DNA of 58,259 nucleotides from Nanobdellati archaeon (GCA_016204275.1 JACQKZ010000012.1:1-58259); one strand, 5' to 3'. Numbered from the stretch's first letter, positions 1 through 9,379 are shown. The notes: generated by a model from the letters alone, not told the origin. Numbers and translations are program-made.

Positions 1-110
1 ATTCTATTTAATATTGTATTTTTAGCATTTGGTCCAATAGCCGTAACAGCTTCATTTTTTAAAAATATATACATAGCATATAAAATTATATAATTCCACA
101 AAAGACATCC

Positions 111-1514
111 CTATTCCAGGCGTAAATCGGTTTTTACCATGCCGGCCAGCAATTCTTCATCAGTCTGTGCATAGTAAAAGCAGTCCATCAGGCTTCTCGA
201 GTCGACCCGGACAGCAGAGCCAAACACCTGTTTTATGCGCTGGCGTATTTTTTCTATTTCGTTTCCAGTGTAACAGATGCCAGCTTTCGTGTCCGCTCCG
301 CCATCAAAATGCTCAATGTGCCCAAATCTGCCTATATTTTTAAGGCCGAGCGCTTCCCTGCTGATTCCGCCGCAGGCCTGTGCAACAACCTCAAGCTCGC
401 GGATTGTTGCGATTGGTGATGTTGTGTTATGCCGTTTCAGGTTATAATTATTATGATCTGTAAATGCCACGCCGTTTTCTACTCTTTTTTCTTCGGAGAG
501 TGGGTAGAATACGTCCTGTTCCAGATGCCGTTTTGCATAATATTCATATAATACACTTAATGACAGGAAGGTAACTGGTATATCGGTCATGTTCAAAGCC
601 GCAGAAAGCCGATTAGACGCTTGTTTCATACTATTTTGCAGTTTTAGATTCAGCGATGTCGCAAATATATCCGCAGGCCAGCAGAATTCACAACTATACA
701 TATTGGAACATAGTCCGGTTTTTTCCAAATGTGTTATTGTCCGCTCAAGTTTTGTTTGCTCTTCATCAGTTAGCTCTGTTATTTGCACGGGCTCTTCCCG
801 CCAATTTTTATTTTTAACGGACATTATGAATTCTTTTGGCCAGATGCGTGGCATGAGCCGCGTAGGTATTGTAGCTTCATAACTCTGTGGCAGGCCTCGG
901 TAATCCAAATTAACAGTTTTAGTCGGACATGGCAAGCCAGTTGTGCCAAATACATTATAATATATCTGCAAGTCATCTGGCGTAACAGCGCACCGGTCCA
1001 TTAATTGGAGGAAGCGCGTTTTATTGGCTGGTTTTTCAAATCGCATGCTAAGGCCGGCTGGCCCTTCATCCGCAACAAAAATCAGGCGAGTATTCATTAT
1101 GTCCGCCAGTGTTTTGAATTCCACCAGCCGCTCAAGAACACTATCTTCTGTCAGTTTGCCGCCAGTTAATCTTGACACATACATCGCCTTGAGAAGATAA
1201 TGTACGTCGTCAGCAACAATCGCGACAGGTTCGGAGTGTTTTGCAATTAATTCATATTCTACTTTTCCCTTTTGCAGTATATCTTTGTTAAGTTCGTTTA
1301 TCTGTAGCGGCATGCCCTCCATGGAGAGCAGCCTGAGCATGTGCGTCTTGCCTGTCCCGCGCGAGCCAACCAGCAGCCTGACACTGCCGGATTTTTCAAT
1401 GGAGCCTGCAAATAGTGGTGCGAGAATCGCCATGGCTGGCACACCCTCAAAACAACTGCCAATATCTTTTTTGGGCTTGAATTCCGCCCTGCCAGGAACT
1501 TGTTTGCGCATCAT
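111..1514 (-). CDS. P-loop NTPase of unknown function, divergent from the paralog array
   Basis: 467-aa ORF. Walker A LLVGSRGTGKTH near the N-terminus and Walker B-like RLIFVADEGP. No other family motif recognised. TAG stop. Confidence 0.75.
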   Translation of the reverse strand: MMRKQVPGRAEFKPKKDIGSCFEGVPAMAILAPLFAGSIEKSGSVRLLVGSRGTGKTHMLRLLSMEGMPLQINELNKDILQKGKVEYELIAKHSEPVAIVADDVHYLLKAMYVSRLTGGKLTEDSVLERLVEFKTLADIMNTRLIFVADEGPAGLSMRFEKPANKTRFLQLMDRCAVTPDDLQIYYNVFGTTGLPCPTKTVNLDYRGLPQSYEATIPTRLMPRIWPKEFIMSVKNKNWREEPVQITELTDEEQTKLERTITHLEKTGLCSNMYSCEFCWPADIFATSLNLKLQNSMKQASNRLSAALNMTDIPVTFLSLSVLYEYYAKRHLEQDVFYPLSEEKRVENGVAFTDHNNYNLKRHNTTSPIATIRELEVVAQACGGISREALGLKNIGRFGHIEHFDGGADTKAGICYTGNEIEKIRQRIKQVFGSAVRVDSRSLMDCFYYAQTDEELLAGMVKTDLRLE

Positions 1515-1535
1515 GTTTAAAGTGCGGAGACAGCC

Positions 1536-1545
1536 CTTTTAAAGT
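1536..1545 (-). promoter_or_regulatory. putative TATA-like box for the NTPase gene (leaderless geometry)
   Basis: The minus strand reads CTTTAAAAGG, centred about 27 nt upstream of the ATG at 1514. Confidence 0.35.
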
Positions 1546-1594
1546 TTTCTATAGGGATATAATTTGGACTGTTTTATAACGTAGGAATAGAAAG

Positions 1595-1602
1595 TATTAT
1601 AT
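1595..1602 (+). promoter_or_regulatory. putative TATA-like box for the paralog array (leaderless geometry)
   Basis: TATTATAT centred about 27 nt upstream of the ATG at 1625, in the 110-bp divergent intergenic region. Confidence 0.35.
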
Positions 1603-1624
1603 CTTTTAACTGCTTAATATAAAG

Positions 1625-2350
1625 ATGGCTCCGGGCAAGTGGAAAGAAGTATTAGCCGATTTAGAGCCGTCAAATCCGGAGAAAGCCCTTAGACTGGAAA
1701 AGGAAGAAGGTATAGAAGAAACGCTTGCCAAGATGTTTAAAATATATGCTGGCAATGAATATGGTGGCCGCGTCACGGACGAAAAGCACCTCGAATACCG
1801 TATTAGCGATATCAAAAGCTCGGGACGTAATATAACTAAACAAGTTGTGGAAGAATTTTTTCTGCAGGTCGTTAGGTATGAAGATATATTTGTCGCAGGG
1901 CATGGGCATTATTATTCGCAGCGCACGGGCTTGTTTGCTTCTGCGCTTATTCAAGCCTCGTTTGAACAGGGCCACAATAATTTTGAACTGTTGTTGTTTG
2001 GAAACAGGCCGATATCTGACCTTGGCTATAAACTCAGGGGCGAGCCGGCCCGCAGGCTTTCAATTAGCATAACTACAGCTAATCAACCAAACAGCAGGGA
2101 ACCGAGGCCAAGTCTTTGGCTGGTTAATATGCAGTATGTTGACGCAACAATACTTGGGCTGAAGTGTGTGCCGTCGTTTTTAGTTGGCAATTCAAAAGAC
2201 TGTACATTTGCTTCGGACAGCCAGGATATACTTGACGCGATTTCTGAGATGGGCCAGCACCCATGCAAACTGGTTGATAACGATAAGCATACGACAGTTT
2301 ACCAAGGCCGGCCAGCAGATGCTGGCCTGCAGGTCATGGTGGAAGCATGA
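1625..2350 (+). CDS. tandem paralog 1 of 6, QGHNNFE-motif family, unknown function
   Basis: 241 aa. Shares with its neighbours an N-terminal LADLE..EK..EETLAKMFKIY block, SFEQGHNNFEL, LRGEPARRL and YVDATILG. Its TGA overlaps the next ATG (ATGA). Confidence 0.8.
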   Translation: MAPGKWKEVLADLEPSNPEKALRLEKEEGIEETLAKMFKIYAGNEYGGRVTDEKHLEYRISDIKSSGRNITKQVVEEFFLQVVRYEDIFVAGHGHYYSQRTGLFASALIQASFEQGHNNFELLLFGNRPISDLGYKLRGEPARRLSISITTANQPNSREPRPSLWLVNMQYVDATILGLKCVPSFLVGNSKDCTFASDSQDILDAISEMGQHPCKLVDNDKHTTVYQGRPADAGLQVMVEA

Positions 2351-3075
2351 ATAAAAATCTGAAAGATGTATTGGGAGGCCTTGAGCAGTCCCCGCCGGAG
2401 AAATCCGCAAGGATAGTAAGGGATGGACTGCTTGAAGAAACGCTTGCCGCGCTTTTTGAGATTTATGAAAAGAAACTGGCAATGAACTCAGGGTCGGGAA
2501 ATAGGTTTAACGTTGCGCCAAAGTTTTACAATTCGTGCCTGAAGTCAATGCCAAAAAGCAAGTACGATATAACAAAAAACGTTATAGCTGAATTTGCCCT
2601 TCGCGCCGCAAAATATGATGACAACTCTCATTTTGGCGCATACACTGGTTATTTTATCACTGCGCTAATGCAAACTTCGTTCCAGCAGGGCCACAATAAT
2701 TTTGAACTGCAGCTTGTAAGCAGCGAGCCGATTCATCACTTAGGCGCCAATTTGCGTGGCTGGCAAGACAGGAGGCTGGCGCTAAAAATTGTCAGTTGCG
2801 TTGAGTACAAGAAGCGTGATCTGATGAACCAGCCGTTGTTTTGGTTTACAAACATAGCATATATTGACGCAACCATACTTGGCATGAATATCGCACCGCA
2901 GGGCATAGGCGTAAATACAGTAAGCTCTTCATTTACGTCTGACAACAAATACATATTGGACGCAGTTGGCTATCACGGAAATCACACACGCCACTTTGTT
3001 CCGCGGACAGAAGTAAAAGTACCCGACGCCATAGCAAATCACACTCCGCAGATGCAGGCGTTGGCGGTGGCATGA
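2347..3075 (+). CDS. tandem paralog 2 of 6, QGHNNFE-motif family
   Basis: 242 aa. Motifs LGGLE..EK..LEETLAALFEIY, SFQQGHNNFEL, LRGWQDRRL, WFTNIAYIDATILG. ATGA overlaps at both ends. Confidence 0.8.
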   Translation: MNKNLKDVLGGLEQSPPEKSARIVRDGLLEETLAALFEIYEKKLAMNSGSGNRFNVAPKFYNSCLKSMPKSKYDITKNVIAEFALRAAKYDDNSHFGAYTGYFITALMQTSFQQGHNNFELQLVSSEPIHHLGANLRGWQDRRLALKIVSCVEYKKRDLMNQPLFWFTNIAYIDATILGMNIAPQGIGVNTVSSSFTSDNKYILDAVGYHGNHTRHFVPRTEVKVPDAIANHTPQMQALAVA

Positions 3076-3860
3076 TGAACCAAAAACATCTGAAGGAATT
3101 ATTCGGCGATTTGGAGCCGGCGGCCGTGGAGAGGCAGGCCAAGGTAGTTGTAGATGAAGATTTAGAAAAATCACTAAATAATTTGCTGGATGTGTATAAA
3201 ACTTCAGTGGCGTGCGAGATAAATCCATACCAGTTAGATGAGTTCGCATTTTATTCTATCTGCCTGGCGCAATTAAAAAGAACAAGCTGCGACATAACTG
3301 AAAAAGTAATATCAGAACTTGTCCTGCGGATTATGCGGCACAATAATATGTTTAACTTCGGGATAAACGCCGGCCAGTTCGTCACAGCATGCATACAGGA
3401 GTCATATTGGCAGGGGCATAATAATTTTGAACTCGCAATAACGGAGCCACTGCGCGGCCTTGGCACATACTTGAGAGGCGGGCCAGATAAAAAGCTAATC
3501 CTAACAGTAAATAATTTTGCGGCAGATTCAGATGTTCTTAACCGCGTAACAAATTTACAAGGCTGGTTCACAAATGCAGCGTATCTCGATGCAACAATCT
3601 GGGGCGCAGGCAACGTACCAGTGCGTACAGGATTTTTTTTTGGGTATAGAAAATATACAAATGGCACGCAGCCCGTCATAGGATATGAAGCAAAGGACTC
3701 TGTTTTTCGGGTTGATGACGCTGCCATATTTGAGTATTTGACTGCCGCAAAATATAGTTACGACAACGAAGTTTACCTGCTGGAAAAGCCAGAGCCAGAA
3801 GTTGTTGTGATAGAACATAATCACGAAAAAGCTGAACTCAATCTCGCAATTGAGGCATAA
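3072..3860 (+). CDS. tandem paralog 3 of 6, QGHNNFE-motif family
   Basis: 262 aa. Motifs LKELFGDLE, SYWQGHNNFEL, LRGGPDKKL, WFTNAAYLDATIWG. A C-terminal YLLEKPEPEVVV block and a tail ending AIEA. 1-nt TAATG overlap with the next gene. Confidence 0.8.
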   Translation: MMNQKHLKELFGDLEPAAVERQAKVVVDEDLEKSLNNLLDVYKTSVACEINPYQLDEFAFYSICLAQLKRTSCDITEKVISELVLRIMRHNNMFNFGINAGQFVTACIQESYWQGHNNFELAITEPLRGLGTYLRGGPDKKLILTVNNFAADSDVLNRVTNLQGWFTNAAYLDATIWGAGNVPVRTGFFFGYRKYTNGTQPVIGYEAKDSVFRVDDAAIFEYLTAAKYSYDNEVYLLEKPEPEVVVIEHNHEKAELNLAIEA

Positions 3861-4591
3861 TGCAGCCAAATAATAAATTAAAAGAACTGTTCGGCGATCT
3901 GGAAACGCCAAAAGAAAAAGCTATCAAGATAGAAAAAGACAGAGGACTGGAAGAAACGCTTGCTAAGCTGTCAGATATTTACAAATGCGCGCGTGTTTAT
4001 GATTTAGACTGGCCAGATAAAATTTACAAAACATATTTTGATTTGTTGGAAAAAAGAAATATAAAAATAACGCCAGAGTCAGTAGATTACTTTTTTTCGC
4101 GCATTAGTTACGAAGGCGGCGCAGCAAATGGAAGAAAAATGGGGCTGCTCTTAACTGCGATGGTACAGCTGTCTTTCCAGCAAGGACACAACAATTTTGA
4201 AATTGTAATCTGTAATAATCACCCATTGCATTTGTTTGGAATGTACCTGCGCGGCCAGCCCGATAAAAAACTTGCCATCCGAATCGATAATGTATATGAT
4301 GTAATGAACTACAAGGACGGCGAGCCGCACGCGTGGTTTAATAACATAGCATATCTGGATGTTACACTATCAAATGTGGATGCAAACGTACGTACCTTTG
4401 GCAGAAACGCAGGCAGCTCGGTTTTTAAGACAGATAATGAAAGCCTATTTTGTGAATTGCGCGACAGATTTGGGACGGCTAGCGAGCGGACGCCCGCAGA
4501 CAAATGTGAAGTTTACCTGCTGGCCGGCCACGGAGATGACTTAGCTGACGTGCCTGAGCCAACATCAGAAATGCAGTTATTAGAGGCATAA
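3860..4591 (+). CDS. tandem paralog 4 of 6, QGHNNFE-motif family
   Basis: 243 aa. Motifs LKELFGDLE..EK..LEETLAKLSDIY, SFQQGHNNFEI, LRGQPDKKL, WFNNIAYLDVTL. Tail QLLEA. TAATG overlap with the next gene. Confidence 0.8.
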   Translation: MQPNNKLKELFGDLETPKEKAIKIEKDRGLEETLAKLSDIYKCARVYDLDWPDKIYKTYFDLLEKRNIKITPESVDYFFSRISYEGGAANGRKMGLLLTAMVQLSFQQGHNNFEIVICNNHPLHLFGMYLRGQPDKKLAIRIDNVYDVMNYKDGEPHAWFNNIAYLDVTLSNVDANVRTFGRNAGSSVFKTDNESLFCELRDRFGTASERTPADKCEVYLLAGHGDDLADVPEPTSEMQLLEA

Positions 4592-5412
4592 TGAAACAAG
4601 ACAACCTGAAAAAACTGTTTGGCGACTTAGACGATCCAGTGCAAGAAAAAAGTATCAAGGTGACAAATGGTGGAACGCTTGATGAAACAGTAAAAGAGCT
4701 TTGCAGGATTTACGAGCATGTTGCTGACACGCGCGACGACAACCCGGACTTTACATATAAGCTTTGCAAGAGAAATTTGCCGCGGGATAAATATAAAATA
4801 AGCAACCAAGTAATCACTCAACTTTCTACCCAAATTTTTATGTATGATGCAGACATAGATTTTAAGGAAACCGCTGGCCCGTTCCTGACAGCAGCCATAC
4901 AAACCGCATTCCTTCAGGGCCACAACAATTTTGACATTTTATTTTCCGGCGCAACGCCGATGCATTATTTCGGCAGAGATTTGCATGGCTGGCCAGCTAA
5001 CAAGCTGAGAATGAATGTTATGGACTCTGGTTGCAGCGCGCAATCAGCAGGCTGGTTTTCCTATGCGCAGAACCTTGACGTAAAAATTACTGGCATGCAG
5101 CTAGTTCCAAGCCCGCATGCCCAGGTGCAAATTTTCGGGCAGTTTGGGCAAGTTCGGTATTTTACTAAACCAGACGACTTTGCGGTTAGCACAAAAAGAT
5201 GCAGGTTCGGCGTTGATAATAAAGACGTATTTTATTATTTAACAGAAAGATTTAAACTTCAGGAAAACTTGCGGTCAGTTGGCCAGCCATACGTTCCAAT
5301 GCCTGAAAGCGAAAGGTCGGAAGCATACTTGCTTGACAGGCCAGAGCCGGAAGTTATAGTACTGGATTTAGACAAAGCGATAAAACCGGAATTTGCACGT
5401 CTCGCTGTTTAA
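4591..5412 (+). CDS. tandem paralog 5 of 6, QGHNNFE-motif family
   Basis: 273 aa. Motifs LKKLFGDLD, AFLQGHNNFDI, LHGWPANKL. YLLDRPEPEVIV block near the C-terminus. Confidence 0.8.
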   Translation: MKQDNLKKLFGDLDDPVQEKSIKVTNGGTLDETVKELCRIYEHVADTRDDNPDFTYKLCKRNLPRDKYKISNQVITQLSTQIFMYDADIDFKETAGPFLTAAIQTAFLQGHNNFDILFSGATPMHYFGRDLHGWPANKLRMNVMDSGCSAQSAGWFSYAQNLDVKITGMQLVPSPHAQVQIFGQFGQVRYFTKPDDFAVSTKRCRFGVDNKDVFYYLTERFKLQENLRSVGQPYVPMPESERSEAYLLDRPEPEVIVLDLDKAIKPEFARLAV

Positions 5413-5430
5413 TTTCAGAATAATTTCAAA

Positions 5431-6132
5431 ATGGGAAACGATAGTATAAGAAAACTGCTTGGTGATTTGGAAGCCTTCCCGGACGAAAAACACCTGAAGG
5501 TCGAGGCAAATGAAAACCTGAATTCAAAAGTAGTTGACTTGTTAGTAAGTTACGAAGATAGTTTGTGCCGCTCGTGGGGTGATATGACACATAGCAATAT
5601 AAATGACTGTTACGACTTTTGTTTAAAATCGCTGTCCAATCAGTGCGCAGGCGTAGATAATGAAGTAATATCTACGTTTTTAGTACATACCAGCACGTAT
5701 TCGGAGCGTAAAAAGTATTCAGAAATTACTGGCCTATTTATAACTGCACTGCTGCAAACTGCGTTCGACAACAACCAGAATAATTTTGATATTATGCTTG
5801 CCAGCCAGCAGCCACTAAGTTTTTTAGGTCATACATTGCACGGCAGATGGAATAGAAGGCTCATACTAAAAGTCCGGGAAAGCAGCGAATGGAAAATGCA
5901 GTATTCGCCGTTGATTTGGTTTGAGTGTGCATCGCATTTAGAAGTCATGCTAGTTGGGGCAAACAATGTGCAGCTGCCCGCATTGAATTTAGATTGTAAA
6001 TATAAAACTGATGAGAAAAACATATTATTGTATGTAAATGATACTATTCGGCCAATTAAGCGGACCACGGTAGATATAATCAAACGCATGACTCAAGTAG
6101 ACATGATTAAAATCGAAAAACATCCAGTATAG
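5431..6132 (+). CDS. tandem paralog 6 of 6, divergent member
   Basis: 233 aa. Keeps IRKLLGDLE and the overall layout, but the core reads AFDNNQNNFDI and WFECASHLEV. It is separated by an 18-nt spacer rather than overlapping. Confidence 0.7.
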   Translation: MGNDSIRKLLGDLEAFPDEKHLKVEANENLNSKVVDLLVSYEDSLCRSWGDMTHSNINDCYDFCLKSLSNQCAGVDNEVISTFLVHTSTYSERKKYSEITGLFITALLQTAFDNNQNNFDIMLASQQPLSFLGHTLHGRWNRRLILKVRESSEWKMQYSPLIWFECASHLEVMLVGANNVQLPALNLDCKYKTDEKNILLYVNDTIRPIKRTTVDIIKRMTQVDMIKIEKHPV

Positions 6133-6173
6133 GAAAGGCTGGAGCGGGCAATTGCGTAGGAAAAAATAAAAAC

Positions 6174-6662
6174 ATGACAAAGCAAGATTTAGCATATGAG
6201 ATTGCGCGCATAAATATTTTTAGCGACCGCCCAGATGTTCACGTTGAGCTGGTCCACATGGTTTTGGATTCGGAGGGCGGGGCAAGGCATGTGATTCCGG
6301 AACTGCAAAAGGCCTTTGCGAATTGGCAGGCCAGCAGACAGATCTGCTCGCCGCAGGCAGTGGGATTGTACATCGTGCAGGCGCACCCTGAAGCATACAA
6401 TCCGTCTGGAAGCATAACAACTCAGGAAGGCCAAACTTTTTTTGTAGGCACCGGCGGCCTGCCGCATTGGATTTATAACGTATATATCAGCAAAGGTGCA
6501 AAACAGCATAAAGAAGTTTGGGAACTGGAAATTCACCGGAGCAAGAGTGCAATCAAAACAGAATTTTATTGCGTTGGAACGCGGCGCGGCTTAGAAAAGT
6601 GGGGCCAGCGGGCAGTCATGTTTCTGGAAGGCAGGGTAACTAGGCTTCTTTATCGTATCTAA
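6174..6662 (+). CDS. hypothetical protein downstream of the paralog array
   Basis: 162-aa ORF on the same strand, 41 nt after paralog 6. No motif recognised. Confidence 0.55.
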   Translation: MTKQDLAYEIARINIFSDRPDVHVELVHMVLDSEGGARHVIPELQKAFANWQASRQICSPQAVGLYIVQAHPEAYNPSGSITTQEGQTFFVGTGGLPHWIYNVYISKGAKQHKEVWELEIHRSKSAIKTEFYCVGTRRGLEKWGQRAVMFLEGRVTRLLYRI

Positions 6663-6744
6663 TGTATAGCATAGAAAGCTACAAATATTTGTTCAAAAAC
6701 TCTATATATAGATTTATATACTATACATATACTTTTATATACGC

Positions 6745-7191
6745 TTAGATTAATCGGTACACAAGGTCCTTCTTTCTGACTTCTTTTGCAACCTTCATGC
6801 CGACTGACTGGCCTTTTTTCGCAGAATCTATCTTGTCGTGCTCTATCTGCATGCTCGCCACGGTCTGCGTGAAGTTTGTCTGCGGGCCTTCAATGCTGAT
6901 TTTGTCGCCGGCTTTTATCGTGTCTTTTACCTCAATCACGCCGACTGAAATTTTGTCAAAGAAGTGGCTTATCTCGCCAACCAGCCTTTTGTTTGCTGTT
7001 TGGACTACCTTCAGGCCTGCCGGTGCAAGTGCCTTGTTGACTGCTGGCAGGGCAACTCTTACTGCCTGCTTGACAGCCCTCTTCACAACTTTTTTGGCAA
7101 CGCGCTTTACCCGTGCCTGAACCTTTTTAACGGCCTTTTTAGCCATAGAACGATTGAACTTTTTGGATTTAGCTTTCTTTTTAACTGCCAT
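6745..7191 (-). CDS. small protein with a Lys/Ala-rich N-terminal tail and a C-terminal EF-Tu-domain-2-like beta-barrel (tentative)
   Basis: The N-terminus MAVKKKAKSKKF..AKKAVKKVQARVKRVAKKVVKRAVK is strongly basic. The C-terminal segment GVIEVKDTIKAGDKISIEGP..QTVASMQIEHDKIDSAKKGQSVGMKV resembles translation-factor domain II. Start chosen at the internal Met (7191). Confidence 0.55.
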   Translation of the reverse strand: MAVKKKAKSKKFNRSMAKKAVKKVQARVKRVAKKVVKRAVKQAVRVALPAVNKALAPAGLKVVQTANKRLVGEISHFFDKISVGVIEVKDTIKAGDKISIEGPQTNFTQTVASMQIEHDKIDSAKKGQSVGMKVAKEVRKKDLVYRLI

Positions 7192-7358
7192 CTTACACCC
7201 CAAATACAATTAATTAGAATGAGCTTAAATAAATAGTTTAGTATTCACTTGAAAATGAGAAGTTCGAATAGCTGTATGTTAGTATATATTTTTATATATT
7301 TTTATATAAATATCATATGTAAACCAAACCCACAGGCTTCGCCGCATATGCCTGGCGT

Positions 7359-7928
7359 TTAGATTTTATCAGACTCGCCAGATCCCTCGTCATCTTTCGA
7401 GAACTGTGCACCAGATGGAATTGGTGGCGACATTGTTGCTGGCGGCAAGGGCGGCACTTCCTTCTCGCTGTCTTTCGCCGGCTTGTCAAGCCCAAAGATT
7501 TTTCGTTCCAAGCCGTCCAGATCCTCGGGCAGGAGCAATCCAAGCCTGTGCATGCCAATTTGGCCTTGCCCTTTGCCAAAGCCGTAAGCATTCGGGTAGA
7601 CATGTTTAAAAAGCTGTAAAGATTTTTCGTATTCGCTTTTAAATTCTTTTAAATCATAGGTATTACTAAACCACTCTAAAACCTTTCGCGCCCTTTGCTC
7701 CGCAATCCGCCTGCCAACTTTTCTGTTTGGCCCGCCTCGTTCTTTCGAGCTCCACTCCGCACTGCCGCGGGCGTAGAAAGTTTGGTCTGGAAGTTCCGGG
7801 TGGCCTTTCAGCCTGATTTCCAGCAAGCATGTTGTCTCCGCGTTTTCAACGCCGTAAGACGCACTGTAGTAGAAAAATGGCCTGCTTACTTCTATAGTAG
7901 AATATCTTTTCGTAACAGTTGGTTCCAT
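7359..7928 (-). CDS. hypothetical protein
   Basis: 189-aa ORF with an acidic, Pro-rich C-terminus. No family recognised. Confidence 0.55.
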   Translation of the reverse strand: MEPTVTKRYSTIEVSRPFFYYSASYGVENAETTCLLEIRLKGHPELPDQTFYARGSAEWSSKERGGPNRKVGRRIAEQRARKVLEWFSNTYDLKEFKSEYEKSLQLFKHVYPNAYGFGKGQGQIGMHRLGLLLPEDLDGLERKIFGLDKPAKDSEKEVPPLPPATMSPPIPSGAQFSKDDEGSGESDKI

Positions 7929-7990
7929 GTTGCTAAATTAGACACCGAAACATATAAAAACTATTCGGTGTTCGTGCACATAATTGCATT

Positions 7991-8401
7991 TTAAATATCT
8001 TTGATTTTTCCAGCCTTTACTGCAGTAACAAAGGTTTTTTCATACTCTTTTGGCAGGCCGTCAGATAATAATGATAGTATTGCCTCCAGGCCAGATGCAT
8101 CAACTTCTTCTTCACGAATTATTTTTAGAAGCCGGTTCCAGTACCCGCCCGCGATCATACATTCGTGGCGGTAACCATCGCCGATTTCAGCTATGGATGA
8201 ACCTGATGTAGTATACCTGTATCTTACAGCGTAATCTCCAAAAGCATCTCGCTTAAATGTATTATCATTTTTCTTCGGCTTGTGCAGCTTGCCAGTCTTG
8301 AGATTAAATATGAAATCATAATAAGATTTTTTTGTTGGTTTAAATGCCTCAGCAATCTTATCTTTCGGAGAACTTTTTGCGGCTTTGTAAGTTTTTGGCA
8401 T
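7991..8401 (-). CDS. hypothetical protein
   Basis: 136-aa ORF with a basic N-terminus. No family recognised. Confidence 0.55.
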   Translation of the reverse strand: MPKTYKAAKSSPKDKIAEAFKPTKKSYYDFIFNLKTGKLHKPKKNDNTFKRDAFGDYAVRYRYTTSGSSIAEIGDGYRHECMIAGGYWNRLLKIIREEEVDASGLEAILSLLSDGLPKEYEKTFVTAVKAGKIKDI

Positions 8402-8452
8402 ATATTATGAACTGATTTAAGATTTTTATAGCTTTCTATTTGACAAGATACA

Positions 8453-9379
8453 TTATTTCTTCAGCACATACTTATTCTGCGGCAACGTTAACATCTCGCG
8501 CCAAGCTGTCTCAAACGGCGTGTATGGCACACCGAATATTTCTGGCCAGCTGTCCGGCTGGAAAACATCACCCGCAACCAATGCCTTCAGCTGGTCCTCG
8601 GTGAATGGCGGATTTCCGGTAATTTTCGCGTGCGCGTTCATCAGGAAGGCAAATAAGGAAATTGGCAGCGGTACGATAAGCCGCCGGATATTTTTTATTT
8701 TTGCAATCGTTTTAATCAAATCAGCATAAAATATTTTTTCATTCCCAATTAAGTTATAAATTTTATCTTTTGGCCCGCGCCTTGCCGCAGATGCGATAAC
8801 TTTTGCAACATCTAATACGTAAATCGGCTGCCGAATAATTTTTCCGTCGCCCGGCACTGGAAAGAGTGGCGACTTCTCAAGGAATCGCGAAAGATAGCCA
8901 AGGTGCTTGTTATCAAACGGGCCGTAAATTAGCGATGGCCTGAGAATTGTGTAAGGCATGCCAGACTTCACAACATGCTCTTCAGCCATTCGTTTTGTTT
9001 TTGTATAATCATCATCTGCTTTTGAAATTACGACTGAGGATGAAATATGAATAATGTGCGGCACGTTATATTTTTTTGCTGTGCCAACCGCATTTTTTGT
9101 TGCCAGAAAAGAATTTTTATAAAAAAGTTCTGAATCACGTGCAGAAATCTGCGCTGCCATTGTTATCAAAACATCTGCGCCCGCAATATGCTTCTGCCAT
9201 TCGCCATCTTCTGAGCAGTCCGCCTGTACCGCAGTAATGTTGGGGTTAAGGTTTTTTAATAGTTCCAGATTTTCCTCGTGCTTATCAATGCACACGACTT
9301 CTTCGAATTCCTTTGTCAGCATAGGGATAAGGTTTTGCCCCACGAGGCCTGCTGCACCGGTTACGACGGCTTTATACAT
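8453..9379 (-). CDS. NAD-dependent epimerase/dehydratase (extended SDR family)
   Basis: N-terminal Rossmann motif VVTGAAGLVGQNL. 308 aa, which is typical for the family. Confidence 0.8.
   Translation of the reverse strand: MYKAVVTGAAGLVGQNLIPMLTKEFEEVVCIDKHEENLELLKNLNPNITAVQADCSEDGEWQKHIAGADVLITMAAQISARDSELFYKNSFLATKNAVGTAKKYNVPHIIHISSSVVISKADDDYTKTKRMAEEHVVKSGMPYTILRPSLIYGPFDNKHLGYLSRFLEKSPLFPVPGDGKIIRQPIYVLDVAKVIASAARRGPKDKIYNLIGNEKIFYADLIKTIAKIKNIRRLIVPLPISLFAFLMNAHAKITGNPPFTEDQLKALVAGDVFQPDSWPEIFGVPYTPFETAWREMLTLPQNKYVLKK

Noticed and set aside
7265-7320. AT-rich run with reiterated TTTTTATATA units; considered as a tandem repeat or CRISPR-like feature.
   Set aside because: There are only two or three imperfect short units, with no spacers. 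It sits in a promoter/terminator intergenic region, so it is most simply TATA-rich spacer DNA. No CRISPR array was seen anywhere in the window.
7313-7603. A 96-aa minus-strand ORF rich in Arg and Cys.
   Set aside because: It overlaps the 3' part of the longer 7359-7928 ORF in another frame and has no independent support.
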